DNA of 35,849 nucleotides from a virus (taxonomy: Duplodnaviria > Caudoviricetes). How positions within the stretch are numbered: the first letter of the stretch is position 1; every line of letters starts with the position of its first letter. The stretch is taken from positions 1-35,849 of the IMG/VR virus record IMGVR_UViG_3300020045_003075; one strand, given 5' to 3'. The notes beneath the pieces were generated by a model. That model had not been told where the DNA came from. It saw only the letters and a program-made list of their open reading frames with translations, and searched no databases. Below, in pieces: positions 20,040-28,367 of this stretch. Position numbers and translations under genes: made by a program.

Positions 20040-20721
20040 TATTTATATCTTCATTTTCAGAATGAATATTTATTAATGGTATAGGAGTAACATCTATTAT
20101 ATCATTTTCAGGTAATTTAATCTCTAACTTTATATCTCCATCTATTTTTAATGTATTGTTTAGCATATTATGTGCCTTCATAAGAAGTTCTATTGATTTT
20201 ATGTAAATATTAGGATTTTTCATAGGAAATTTCTTACCATTTCCAAGAGTAGCATTTGCATTTATAATAATTCCAGATAATATATGTAGTAAATCATCTG
20301 GTTCAAGGATTTTTGATCCAGATCTTATATTTTCTTGTATTTTATTTTGTTTTAATCTTTTAATTGCAACTTGGGTTATAATGCATGTTTCAGCAGCATA
20401 ATATTGATTTAAATTTTTATATCCAGCCATTAACCATAGATCTTTATAGGATTTATCTGCATTTTGTGGATCAGAAGCCAAATATACAAATTTTCTTCTT
20501 TTCGGATTAGTTATTAACAAAATAAGATCATGAATTTGTAAATCTGATACATATGTTATAATATAAGCTTCTTTTTGTTGTTGTGATAATTGATCAAAAC
20601 CTGGTGGTGTAGGTATTTTATCAAATGAAACCCAAGCTTTCATTTTATTTGGATCATTTGTTATTAAACTATGTTTCATATTATTATACCTTTTAATATT
20701 ATTATTATCAGTTCGCGTCAC
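20029..20721 (-). CDS. Putative terminase small subunit
   Basis: Overlaps the terL start; KRRKFV..AGYK HTH-like stretch and IKSIELLMK. The true start may be ATG 20679 (AAGG SD). Confidence 0.65.
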   Translation of the reverse strand: MTRTDNNNIKRYNNMKHSLITNDPNKMKAWVSFDKIPTPPGFDQLSQQQKEAYIITYVSDLQIHDLILLITNPKRRKFVYLASDPQNADKSYKDLWLMAGYKNLNQYYAAETCIITQVAIKRLKQNKIQENIRSGSKILEPDDLLHILSGIIINANATLGNGKKFPMKNPNIYIKSIELLMKAHNMLNNTLKIDGDIKLEIKLPENDIIDVTPIPLINIHSENEDINNDN

Positions 20722-20752
20722 AAACCAGTTTGTATTACAATTAAGTTTATAG

Positions 20753-20786
20753 AAAAAACTGGGTACCAGTTTAGTGATACCCAGTT
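20753..20786 (-). terminator. Rho-independent terminator after HNH gene
   Basis: AACTGGGTATCA-ctaaac-TGGTACCCAGTT followed by TTTT. Confidence 0.78.
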
Positions 20787-20796
20787 ATTTATAATA

Positions 20797-21327
20797 TTAT
20801 TCATCTATTTCTTCAATCTCCAGTAAATTATATAATGGCATATAAAATCTTATTTCTTCATCTGTATATTCATTATCTTCATAGAATTCCAGAAGTGTAA
20901 GATAATTTACATCGTCACCTTTATTTATATTGTGATATCTTCTGTGTTCATCTAATGTTAATAAAGCAAGATTTTCTATATTATTATCAGTTTGTATACC
21001 ATTAATATGGTGAATTACATCATATCTATCTATATCGCACACATTTAAGATCCAGTTTGCGCGATGTTCAAGAATATTTCTTTCTTTACCATTATGAAAT
21101 ACACCTATTTGTTTATAATCATTTTCACTTTGGATAGAAAATCCAGGCCAAATTTGATTATCATCTAATTCATATTTAATTATAGATCTTTTTATTCTGT
21201 GATACTGTGATTTCATCCATAAATATGTGTCTGGATTTCTATTTATTGTAGTCTCTCTCTTTACAATAATGTCTGTGTTAAGATTAAATTTTGATAACTG
21301 TGTTCCTTTCATTGTGTTTGTATTCAT
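20797..21327 (-). CDS. HNH endonuclease
   Basis: EHR..W...VIHHINGIQTDNNIENLALLT..EHRRYH. Confidence 0.88.
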   Translation of the reverse strand: MNTNTMKGTQLSKFNLNTDIIVKRETTINRNPDTYLWMKSQYHRIKRSIIKYELDDNQIWPGFSIQSENDYKQIGVFHNGKERNILEHRANWILNVCDIDRYDVIHHINGIQTDNNIENLALLTLDEHRRYHNINKGDDVNYLTLLEFYEDNEYTDEEIRFYMPLYNLLEIEEIDE

Positions 21328-21393
21328 TTTACATTCTCCAACATTTGATTAAAAAATATTACTCTCCGATACTAATTATATATGTATCACTTA

Positions 21394-21402
21394 TTTTGTC
21401 CT
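21394..21402 (-). promoter_or_regulatory. AGGACAAAA motif upstream of HNH gene
   Basis: Exact intergenic copy. Confidence 0.6.
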
Positions 21403-21465
21403 TATGTTTTTTCATGATCGTTTTCTGTGTTTAAAACAAATGTTTGAATAACTAATTATATAAAC

Positions 21466-21502
21466 AAAAAAAAGGTGGACCCCATTATGTCAAATGAGGC
21501 CC
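21466..21502 (-). terminator. Rho-independent terminator with no ORF directly upstream
   Basis: GGGCCTCATT-tgacat-AATGGGGTCC-acc-T8. Confidence 0.75.
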
Positions 21503-21555
21503 GAGAATGTAGGAGTGTAATCAAGAATACAAAAATCTTGAATATTTTAATCTAT
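21466..21555 (-). ncRNA. Candidate ~90-nt small RNA
   Basis: Bounded by the motif at 21557-21565 and the terminator; contains hairpin TCAAGA/TCTTGA and ACTCCTACATTCTC. Confidence 0.4.
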
Positions 21556-21556
21556 G

Positions 21557-21565
21557 TTTTGTCCT
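21557..21565 (-). promoter_or_regulatory. AGGACAAAA motif upstream of candidate sRNA
   Basis: Exact intergenic copy. Confidence 0.6.
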
Positions 21566-21942
21566 GATGATTTAATTTGGTGTTTTTTATAAAATATATT
21601 AAATTTGATCAGATATTATTAATATTATATTATGGTATAACCACACGGGCATTTCGTATTAAATTACTACTTGGAAGAGTTAAGAATTTAAAACCATACA
21701 GAAAATATATGAAACAATAACATATAAATCGTTTTTAACCTGTCTAGAATGCCACAGAATCAATTATTTCATGTTTAGGCAGTAATGATAAGGTAATATG
21801 AAACAAAGTCTTATAAACGATTGTAGGTACTTGTATATTTTATGAGGATGACAAATGTAGTTCTGATCCCGATAAAATATTATTACATGTAATGGTTGTA
21901 TATTTGTATTATTAAAATGATACTCAATCAAATAATCTCAAT

Positions 21943-22018
21943 CCCTGGGGCAAAGATGTTTTCTGTCTGGTAGGGAGCGGTTGAGCGACCGAAAGACAGG
22001 AATAAACATCTCCCAGGG
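21943..22018. other. GC-rich multi-stem hairpin in the central non-coding region (candidate origin/priming signal or ncRNA)
   Basis: Nested stems CCCTGGG/CCCAGGG, AGATGTTT/AAACATCT, TCTGTCT/AGACAGG and GGT/ACC around AGGGAGCGGTTGAGCG. Confidence 0.6.
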
Positions 22019-22485
22019 TATCACTACATATAATAAGAATTAATCAACATAGTATAATAGTGATTTAATTAATAATCTGATTCCAATTTTATTATCATGA
22101 AATATGTTTGTAATTCCACAGGATTTCTGATTATCAACCAAACTCTCATGAAATAAATTACAGAAGAAATAATCAAATGTACATATTACGGTTTTTTGAG
22201 ATTTATAATATTATATTTTGAAAAGTTATATTAGTAATCTGATTAAGAAATTATTCCTTTTTATATATAGAATATATTTATGAATCTGTTTTTTATTTCT
22301 TTGTATTTTTACCGAATGTTAATGAGGTTTATATTGTATGTATGTGCTAGTACTGAGAACCAGTTTTTTATGGTATATATTACCAACTTTTTTTATATAT
22401 ATTTCATATTATTATCATTTTCAATAAATAGAATTTTAATTCAAACATATGTTTTAAACATCAAAAATAGTTTTTTTAATTAATA

Positions 22486-22613
22486 AGGATAAAATAAAGA
22501 ATCAATTATGATTCATCTCCTATTTTGTTAGGTTGTGACTTCTTATGGCCATTTGGGGTCACAACCAGTTTTTAAACTAGGAGAATGAAACAAAGATAAT
22601 AGGAGATTAAAAA
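22486..22613 (+). promoter_or_regulatory. Structured leader of the putative replication gene (motif variant, anti-SD, terminator-like hairpin)
   Basis: AGGATAAAAT at 22486; ATCTCCTATT (22515-22524) complements AATAGGAGAT (22598-22607); hairpin GGTTGTGACTTC..GGGGTCACAACC (22531-22566) followed by AGTTTTT. Confidence 0.6.
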
Positions 22614-23492
22614 ATGCATAAATTCTCAAGCGAAGACGAAAAACAACTTAATTTTTATTTTGATTCTCTTTTAAACAAAGATTTTAAAATGATATCAAAA
22701 GAATCTACTTTCCCAGTAATTAAAAATATATATTCTGATCAATATAATAAAATATTCCCATTTATATCTGGTGATTATACAAATGATAAGAATGTGTTAT
22801 CTCAGCTTATGAAGAGAATTAAAGAAATAGACGAAGATATATTTAATATATATATTAATAAAGTTAAAGAATATATCGATCTAATTAAAGATAAATATGA
22901 AAATGATATAAAAAATACTATAACTGTGAAATTTTCTCCTAAATCATTTTATGAAGAAATAGGTAAATTAATAGATTTATATGATAATATAAGAATTAAT
23001 AATGAATTAACTTATAATATAGATTATGATAAATTTCCTAATATTGATATATTAGCAAATATAACAAAAACAGAAAAAGTATTTATATTAAATAAGAAAA
23101 CATTGAAGTGTATTGATGTATTTAAAGATAAATTATTATCAAAATTAAAGAAAATATATCCAGATCAATATAAAGAATTTTTGAAAATTAAAGAAATTGA
23201 AAAAAAATCTACTACGGATAACACAAATAATATGAATATAATTAATAATATATTTTTTATAGCAGATTTTGATAATAAGCCAATGTTAAAACTATTGTTT
23301 ATAAAAATGATTTTAAAATCCATAGAAAAAAATAATAATATAATATATTTTAGAAGTTCTGATTTTGGAAATGGAGTAGATACATCGAATTTTAATAAAT
23401 TAATTAAACAACTTATCGATTTAGGTTATATCTCTAAGACAAATAAAAAATTTACATATAAAATTAATCAGGAACAATTATATGAACTCTAA
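22614..23492 (+). CDS. Hypothetical protein, candidate replication initiator with C-terminal winged helix
   Basis: 292 aa, K/I/N-rich; C-terminal FNKLIKQLIDLGYISK...TYKIN; first gene next to the large non-coding region. Function inferred. Confidence 0.45.
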   Translation: MHKFSSEDEKQLNFYFDSLLNKDFKMISKESTFPVIKNIYSDQYNKIFPFISGDYTNDKNVLSQLMKRIKEIDEDIFNIYINKVKEYIDLIKDKYENDIKNTITVKFSPKSFYEEIGKLIDLYDNIRINNELTYNIDYDKFPNIDILANITKTEKVFILNKKTLKCIDVFKDKLLSKLKKIYPDQYKEFLKIKEIEKKSTTDNTNNMNIINNIFFIADFDNKPMLKLLFIKMILKSIEKNNNIIYFRSSDFGNGVDTSNFNKLIKQLIDLGYISKTNKKFTYKINQEQLYEL

Positions 23493-24024
23493 ATCCAAAG
23501 GTAATTCATTTGAACGATATATATCTAAACAATTATCTTTATGGTGGTCTAATGGAGAGAAAGATGATTTATTCTGGAGATCTCAAAATTCAGGTGGTCG
23601 TTGGACTTCTAGAAATAAACAAGGAATTAAAACATCTGGTCAATCATCTGATATTCAATCTACTTCATCTGAATCTGAATTATTTACTGATTTGTTCTCA
23701 ATTGAATGTAAGTCATATAAATATATTGATTTATGGAATATAATCGAAGAAAATGGTAATATAATGAAGTGGTTATCTGATTTATATTATATTTGTAGGG
23801 AAGAGAAGAAAAATCCATTATTAATTATTAAATCTAATTATAAGCCAACGATTATGATTACGAACCATTTAATGAAGAATTTATTAGCAGGATGTGAAAT
23901 AGATTATAAATTAAGAATGATATTAACAACAGATATATTATATTTGTATATGTTTGATGATTTATTGAAATCTGATATATTTATATTCAAAGATCAATTA
24001 CAGAATAATAGGATCAATGATTGA
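23482..24024 (+). CDS. Holliday junction resolvase-like PD-(D/E)XK nuclease
   Basis: SKSKGNSFER..SK.LS.W, RS.NSGG, SDI, FSIECKSYK, PLLIIK.N. Confidence 0.82.
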   Translation: MNSKSKGNSFERYISKQLSLWWSNGEKDDLFWRSQNSGGRWTSRNKQGIKTSGQSSDIQSTSSESELFTDLFSIECKSYKYIDLWNIIEENGNIMKWLSDLYYICREEKKNPLLIIKSNYKPTIMITNHLMKNLLAGCEIDYKLRMILTTDILYLYMFDDLLKSDIFIFKDQLQNNRIND

Positions 24025-24029
24025 TATAT

Positions 24030-24038
24030 AGGACAAAA
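24030..24038 (+). promoter_or_regulatory. AGGACAAAA motif upstream of small ORF
   Basis: Exact copy, on the plus strand in the plus-strand module. Confidence 0.6.
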
Positions 24039-24071
24039 AAATATTAATACCAATAACTAAGGAGATAAGAT

Positions 24072-24206
24072 ATGAAAGAGACCGACGAAAAAGATTATGA
24101 AGAAATGAAAAAGAAATTTGAACTCAAGTTCGGAATTGATTTTCATACATTAAAACCAATTGAGAAAGAACAATCGTCTCAAATAGTCATTAAAAATTTA
24201 AAGTAG
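24072..24206 (+). CDS. Small hypothetical protein, 44 aa (not in ORF track)
   Basis: AAGGAG SD; MKETDEKDYEEMKKKFELKFGIDFHTLKPIEKEQSSQIVIKNLK. Confidence 0.65.
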   Translation: MKETDEKDYEEMKKKFELKFGIDFHTLKPIEKEQSSQIVIKNLK

Positions 24207-24298
24207 TATATAAAATTATCATATAAATTACAGAATAGGATTAAACTTTGATATGAAATAAGTCATATCATAAATTACTTCTTTTAGATTTCTTTGTT

Positions 24299-24340
24299 AA
24301 TCAGGCTAGACAATTATGTTTAGTCTGATTTTCTTTTTCT
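24299..24340 (+). terminator. Rho-independent terminator
   Basis: AATCAGGCTAGAC-aattat-GTTTAGTCTGATT followed by TTCTTTTT. Confidence 0.75.
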
Positions 24341-24346
24341 ATAATA

Positions 24347-24355
24347 AGGACAAAA
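24347..24355 (+). promoter_or_regulatory. AGGACAAAA motif upstream of RHH gene
   Basis: Exact copy just after the terminator. Confidence 0.6.
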
Positions 24356-24383
24356 TAATAAACATTTTAATAAGGAGAGAAAT

Positions 24384-24566
24384 ATGACAACAAAAATTGG
24401 GCGTCCACCATTTACAGATAAGGCTTATGAAAAAACAATATTTTTCAGACTTTCAACAGATTTATACGAAAAATTAAAGAAAGACTCAAAAAAGAAGAAA
24501 ATACCTATGTTACATTTTATTAGAATTATATTAGAAGGGTTATATAGTGAATCAGAAGAAATATGA
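24384..24566 (+). CDS. Ribbon-helix-helix DNA-binding protein
   Basis: GRPP...TIFFRLSTDLYEKLKKDS.....MLHFIRIIL; AAGGAG SD. Confidence 0.75.
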   Translation: MTTKIGRPPFTDKAYEKTIFFRLSTDLYEKLKKDSKKKKIPMLHFIRIILEGLYSESEEI

Positions 24567-24717
24567 AGAAGAAAAACATAAAAAAGAACTAGAAAATATA
24601 GAAAACAGAAAGAAACAATATCATAAAATATGGAATGATTTGATTGTTAAGAGAGATGTTGACGTAAACCAGTTGGAATTTGATTTTGATAATCTTGAGG
24701 AGAGAGAAAATGATTGA
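24547..24717 (+). CDS. Small hypothetical protein, 56 aa, GTG start (not in ORF track)
   Basis: MNQKKYEEEKHKKELENIENRKKQYHKIWNDLIVKRDVDVNQLEFDFDNLEEREND; AAGGG upstream; overlaps both neighbours. Confidence 0.55.
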   Translation: MNQKKYEEEKHKKELENIENRKKQYHKIWNDLIVKRDVDVNQLEFDFDNLEEREND

Positions 24718-24925
24718 ATTTGTAATATGCTTAATAGTAGGTTATATAATAGGTTCTTCAATTAAAAATATGATTGTAAATAATAAACAATATCATAAAG
24801 AACCATGTATTCAATGCCCTAAATGTAAAGAGAGAATTAATGGTATTGATAATTTTGAAAATCATCGTAATATATGTTGGTATGATGGCAAAGAGGAAGT
24901 AGAAGATATAAAGGAGATTTCATAA
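24710..24925 (+). CDS. Small membrane-anchored protein with CxxC Zn-finger-like motif
   Basis: ATG 24710 behind GAGGAG; hydrophobic N-terminus; CPKC..........H...C. Confidence 0.6.
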   Translation: MIEFVICLIVGYIIGSSIKNMIVNNKQYHKEPCIQCPKCKERINGIDNFENHRNICWYDGKEEVEDIKEIS

Positions 24926-25315
24926 ATGAATTTCAAGATAAGAGATGGAGAAATTAAGAATCTGCCCGTAATATTTAAAAAAGGTACAGATAGATATAAA
25001 ATGACAGATGTTATATTTGATACTAAAAATAGAGTTCCAAGATGTATTAATTTTGATAATGTTCAAGATGAAATAACAAAAATGAGTTATGTAGTCAGAT
25101 CAACAGATCAAATACTTATAAATTTCTACATGAGATCGATAATTCAAGAAACTATATTTAAAAATGATCTAAATAGAGTTAGTAAAGATGAATATTCTGT
25201 TAGTATTATAGAACAAGATGATTCTTTATATAAATATTTAGGTATTATAACAAAAAATGGTGAATTATTTGACGAAGTTTCATTTAATATGGTAACTTTT
25301 TTAAAGAGGAGTTAA
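24926..25315 (+). CDS. Hypothetical protein
   Basis: 129 aa; AAGGAG SD; abuts the previous stop. Confidence 0.65.
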   Translation: MNFKIRDGEIKNLPVIFKKGTDRYKMTDVIFDTKNRVPRCINFDNVQDEITKMSYVVRSTDQILINFYMRSIIQETIFKNDLNRVSKDEYSVSIIEQDDSLYKYLGIITKNGELFDEVSFNMVTFLKRS

Positions 25316-25323
25316 CAATAATT

Positions 25324-25455
25324 ATGTTTAATATTATATTTTTATCATTGGTTGTATCTTCTGTAGTATTTCCAATTATTTATTATATCATAACAACATC
25401 TATCTGTATTGATGAAGAAGATGAATTAGAAAATTGCCCATTTGGAAGTAAATAG
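25324..25455 (+). CDS. Small single-TM protein, 43 aa (not in ORF track)
   Basis: GAGGAG upstream; MFNIIFLSLVVSSVVFPIIYYIITTSICIDEEDELENCPFGSK. Confidence 0.5.
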   Translation: MFNIIFLSLVVSSVVFPIIYYIITTSICIDEEDELENCPFGSK

Positions 25456-25580
25456 AGTTTTGAATGTCCTGTAATTTCTATAAGTGATCATATAAGGCTT
25501 TCAGAGACATCAATTTAGAAAATATGTATCAGAGTACCACTTAATGAAACAAATTGAATATAGGGCATTATAGACGCATT

Positions 25581-25670
25581 AAATGACCAGACTATTATTT
25601 AGCCTGGTCATTTACTCTATTATAGAATAGGAAGTCTCTAAACCAGTTTTATTAATTTAAAGACTCCCTA
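25581..25670. terminator. Two hairpins where the plus and minus modules converge
   Basis: AAATGACCAG..CTGGTCATTT (25581-25613); minus-strand TAGGGAGTCTTTAAA..TTTAGAGACTTCCTA (25628-25670). Confidence 0.6.
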
Positions 25671-25701
25671 CCAGAGAGAAGAGAGACAAGAGAGATCCTT
25701 A

Positions 25702-25989
25702 TTAATTACTGAATTTATCTATCAATTCAATTATTGTTTTTAATGATTCAGAATTTAATATGCTTCCAAGAAAAAATGTTCCAACATAAAAACCATATTT
25801 CTTTATTTTATCTATATTACTTTCTATTAAAATAATTCGATTTTCCATTTCCCTATCCTTTGTAAATAATTGGTTTAACCATAAGTTTTGACGTTTATTT
25901 TCTTCTGATATTACCGATATTAAATTTACAGTCTGTTCATGTATCGAACAAAAATTATGTACTTCATTATTATTAACATTGTTTTCCAT
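25702..25989 (-). CDS. Coiled-coil protein with C-terminal TM helix (holin-like / XhlA-like architecture)
   Basis: 95 aa; AGGAG SD; C..H, coiled coil, then YGFYVGTFFLGSIL; last gene of the late module. Confidence 0.45.
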   Translation of the reverse strand: MENNVNNNEVHNFCSIHEQTVNLISVISEENKRQNLWLNQLFTKDREMENRIILIESNIDKIKKYGFYVGTFFLGSILNSESLKTIIELIDKFSN

Positions 25990-26004
25990 TTATATACTCC
26001 TAAA

Positions 26005-27528
26005 CTACAGGTGTCTATAGATATTATTCATTCGCTTAGTATTCTCAGTTTTGTCCTGAAATATTTTAAGAAATTTAATTTTAGGTATATTATGTGGAGT
26101 ATTAAAATGAACAAAGTTAGAATTATCTGATTTAGCGAATATCATATTATCTCTTCTATTTACATGTCCAACGTTCCAGGATCTATCAAGTTCATAATAT
26201 TTATAGTCTAAACTTCTACAATTAAGTAATGTTTGTTCAAAAAATGAACCATCTGATAATATTTTATCTGGTGTAGATAGAAATTCTTTACAACATTTAG
26301 GAATTATCATAACACCAGCATTAATCATTCTCTTATCTGGGAAATTAAGTGGACATTTTTCTTTAAATGCATTCTCCCATTCTTTATTATAAGATTTCTT
26401 TCTTGAATTAGGCTGCATTCTCATATAATTATATACAGAATATGAATTTAATGTTGTTATACCATCCAATGGATAATATTTTATTGGATCTAAAGCATAT
26501 TCTTTTACAAATATATCACCATCTATATATAAAATAACATCATATTCACCATCTAGTAGTTCTTTAAATCGTAATCTTTCCCAAGATGGATGTGGAAATA
26601 TGGTAGAATCATTTATTTCATGATAATCGTATCCATATCTTTTTGCAAATTCTTTAATAGAATTGGTACATATATCATAAAATTCATTTTTTTCACCTAT
26701 ATAAATTGTACATACTGCAACTTTTAATTTAGATGTATCTGTTATTTCAGATAATATATTAGAACGTATAGATTGTTGAATTAAACTAGTACTATTTTGT
26801 AAATTTCTTCTTATTTGTGTTCTTGTAGGAGGCATCTTACTTGAATGTCTACACCAATTACTAAATATATCATTTGGTTTTCTAACATCTAATTTTAAAT
26901 TATGAATATTAAAATCTTTATTTGAGTGCATTACATATGGAAGGGTTATTTGATCCCTTGATGAATCATCTAAACAATATTCTTTCCACCACGCTTCATT
27001 TATTGCTTCAGTAATATCATTATTTGGTCTACATATTGCACAACATTCCCAAGTTTTTACATTTTTTATATTAAAGTTAACAGAATTATATTTATTTAAT
27101 TGTTTGTCAATAGGAATAGATAATTCTTTTTTTAATGACTTCATTTTTTCACAATGTTTAAGTAAAAAATCTTGATGTTCTTGAATAGAAGGATATTTAT
27201 TTGAAACTGAATGATTTAAAAATAAATTATGTATAAAATTTTCATTTAATTCTAAACAAGAATCAAAATATAAACTATAATCATAATATAAATTAGTATA
27301 TTCTTGTAAAAGATGAGAATTAATTTTTAAATATCTAGATTGTCTAACTCCACCATTTGGTATTTTAATTGTTTTCCAACCTTCAACTGAGTTCCCAGAT
27401 GTAAATAATAAAAATTCTATATTTGAATTATTAATATATTTTTTAGGTGGTGGAGAAACGGTGTCGTAATCTGACGTTAGAACTTTATATATAACTATTT
27501 TAAGTTTATCTATTTCTTGTTTAGTCAT
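26005..27528 (-). CDS. Double glycosyltransferase (DUF616-like plus GT8/GT34-like GT-A domain)
   Basis: N-half: VIY..LTSDYD, SRYLKI.SH, YDYSLYFD, RDQITLPYV. C-half: YDVILYIDGDI, INAGVMII, EQTLLN, WN, FVHF. Confidence 0.85.
   Translation of the reverse strand: MTKQEIDKLKIVIYKVLTSDYDTVSPPPKKYINNSNIEFLLFTSGNSVEGWKTIKIPNGGVRQSRYLKINSHLLQEYTNLYYDYSLYFDSCLELNENFIHNLFLNHSVSNKYPSIQEHQDFLLKHCEKMKSLKKELSIPIDKQLNKYNSVNFNIKNVKTWECCAICRPNNDITEAINEAWWKEYCLDDSSRDQITLPYVMHSNKDFNIHNLKLDVRKPNDIFSNWCRHSSKMPPTRTQIRRNLQNSTSLIQQSIRSNILSEITDTSKLKVAVCTIYIGEKNEFYDICTNSIKEFAKRYGYDYHEINDSTIFPHPSWERLRFKELLDGEYDVILYIDGDIFVKEYALDPIKYYPLDGITTLNSYSVYNYMRMQPNSRKKSYNKEWENAFKEKCPLNFPDKRMINAGVMIIPKCCKEFLSTPDKILSDGSFFEQTLLNCRSLDYKYYELDRSWNVGHVNRRDNMIFAKSDNSNFVHFNTPHNIPKIKFLKIFQDKTENTKRMNNIYRHL
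26049..26057 (-). promoter_or_regulatory. AGGACAAAA motif ~60 bp upstream of the holin-like gene
   Basis: Exact copy inside the 3' end of the upstream gene. Confidence 0.45.
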
Positions 27529-27547
27529 TTTGTTTCCTCCTTTCCCA

Positions 27548-28363
27548 CTATATTATAGGTTTTTTTCTATTTATTTTACTTCTTCGGATATTTCTTATAG
27601 TTTCTTCTTCTTTAATAAACTGTTCTGGTAGATCTCTATTTAGAAATTCATCCAATTCTTTTTTATTAATTCCATATAATTCTTCAAGATTTACATTAAT
27701 CTTCTCTTGTTTTCTCCAGTTTTCAAAATATCTCGAACAATAATTAGAATTATTTACTATCATGCATATTGGTGTATTCTCTATTTTAATTATAGTTTTA
27801 GCTTCTTCTCCCATATTTGCGTGTCCTCTTTTAAAAACAGTAATATATGGTTTGTTTATCTCAGAAAAAGACATCGATTCATTTATAAATGTTGGATTTA
27901 TAATATCAATTCCTCGTTTTGTAGAATATAGATAATGATGTTGTGTAAACATTAGAACTGGAAAGTCATTTTCTTTATATGAGGTTATTCTTTTATTTAC
28001 TTCTTTGACAAAATCTTTATGTAATAAATCATCAGAATCTATATTTATTGTAGTAATCATATCTCCTTCTGGAGTTATTTTATGTAGATAATCAGATAAA
28101 TATTTATTTGACCATTCTTTACCTTCATATTCAATAAATTCAACTTGATTACAAATTTGTTTTGTATATTCTTTCATTTCTTCAGATAATGACACATCTG
28201 AAAATACAATATGAGTGCAGTTTCTATCAGTTTGATTATATATTGATCTCTTTGTGGATATATTATATAAATTTAATCTATATTTTATATATTCATCATT
28301 AAGTGGTCTATAATCTGTCATCTTTAGATTTAGACGTGTTACTATATATGTATTATTGTGCAT
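27548..28363 (-). CDS. GT-A glycosyltransferase (putative rhamnosyltransferase-like family)
   Basis: IVTRLN...RLNLY.....SI.NQTD and ITTINIDSDDLLHKDFV. Confidence 0.78.
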   Translation of the reverse strand: MHNNTYIVTRLNLKMTDYRPLNDEYIKYRLNLYNISTKRSIYNQTDRNCTHIVFSDVSLSEEMKEYTKQICNQVEFIEYEGKEWSNKYLSDYLHKITPEGDMITTINIDSDDLLHKDFVKEVNKRITSYKENDFPVLMFTQHHYLYSTKRGIDIINPTFINESMSFSEINKPYITVFKRGHANMGEEAKTIIKIENTPICMIVNNSNYCSRYFENWRKQEKINVNLEELYGINKKELDEFLNRDLPEQFIKEEETIRNIRRSKINRKKPII

Positions 28364-28367
28364 TATT

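Noticed and set aside
21468-21495. dif-like site (TTATGTCAAAT resembles an XerD arm)
   Set aside because: There is no XerC-like arm 6 bp upstream, and the sequence is explained by the terminator hairpin.
21707-21823. Iteron array (ATATGAAACAA twice, AATCGTTT/AAACGATT inverted pair)
   Set aside because: Only two short AT-rich copies without regular spacing; too weak to call by eye.
22280-22483. 67-aa hydrophobic ORF in the control region
   Set aside because: No SD, and F/I/Y-rich as expected from T-rich non-coding DNA; a small membrane peptide cannot be fully excluded.
20723-25649. Recurrent AACCAGTTT as a second motif
   Set aside because: It has several intergenic copies but also codon-driven copies inside genes, and no consistent orientation to transcription.
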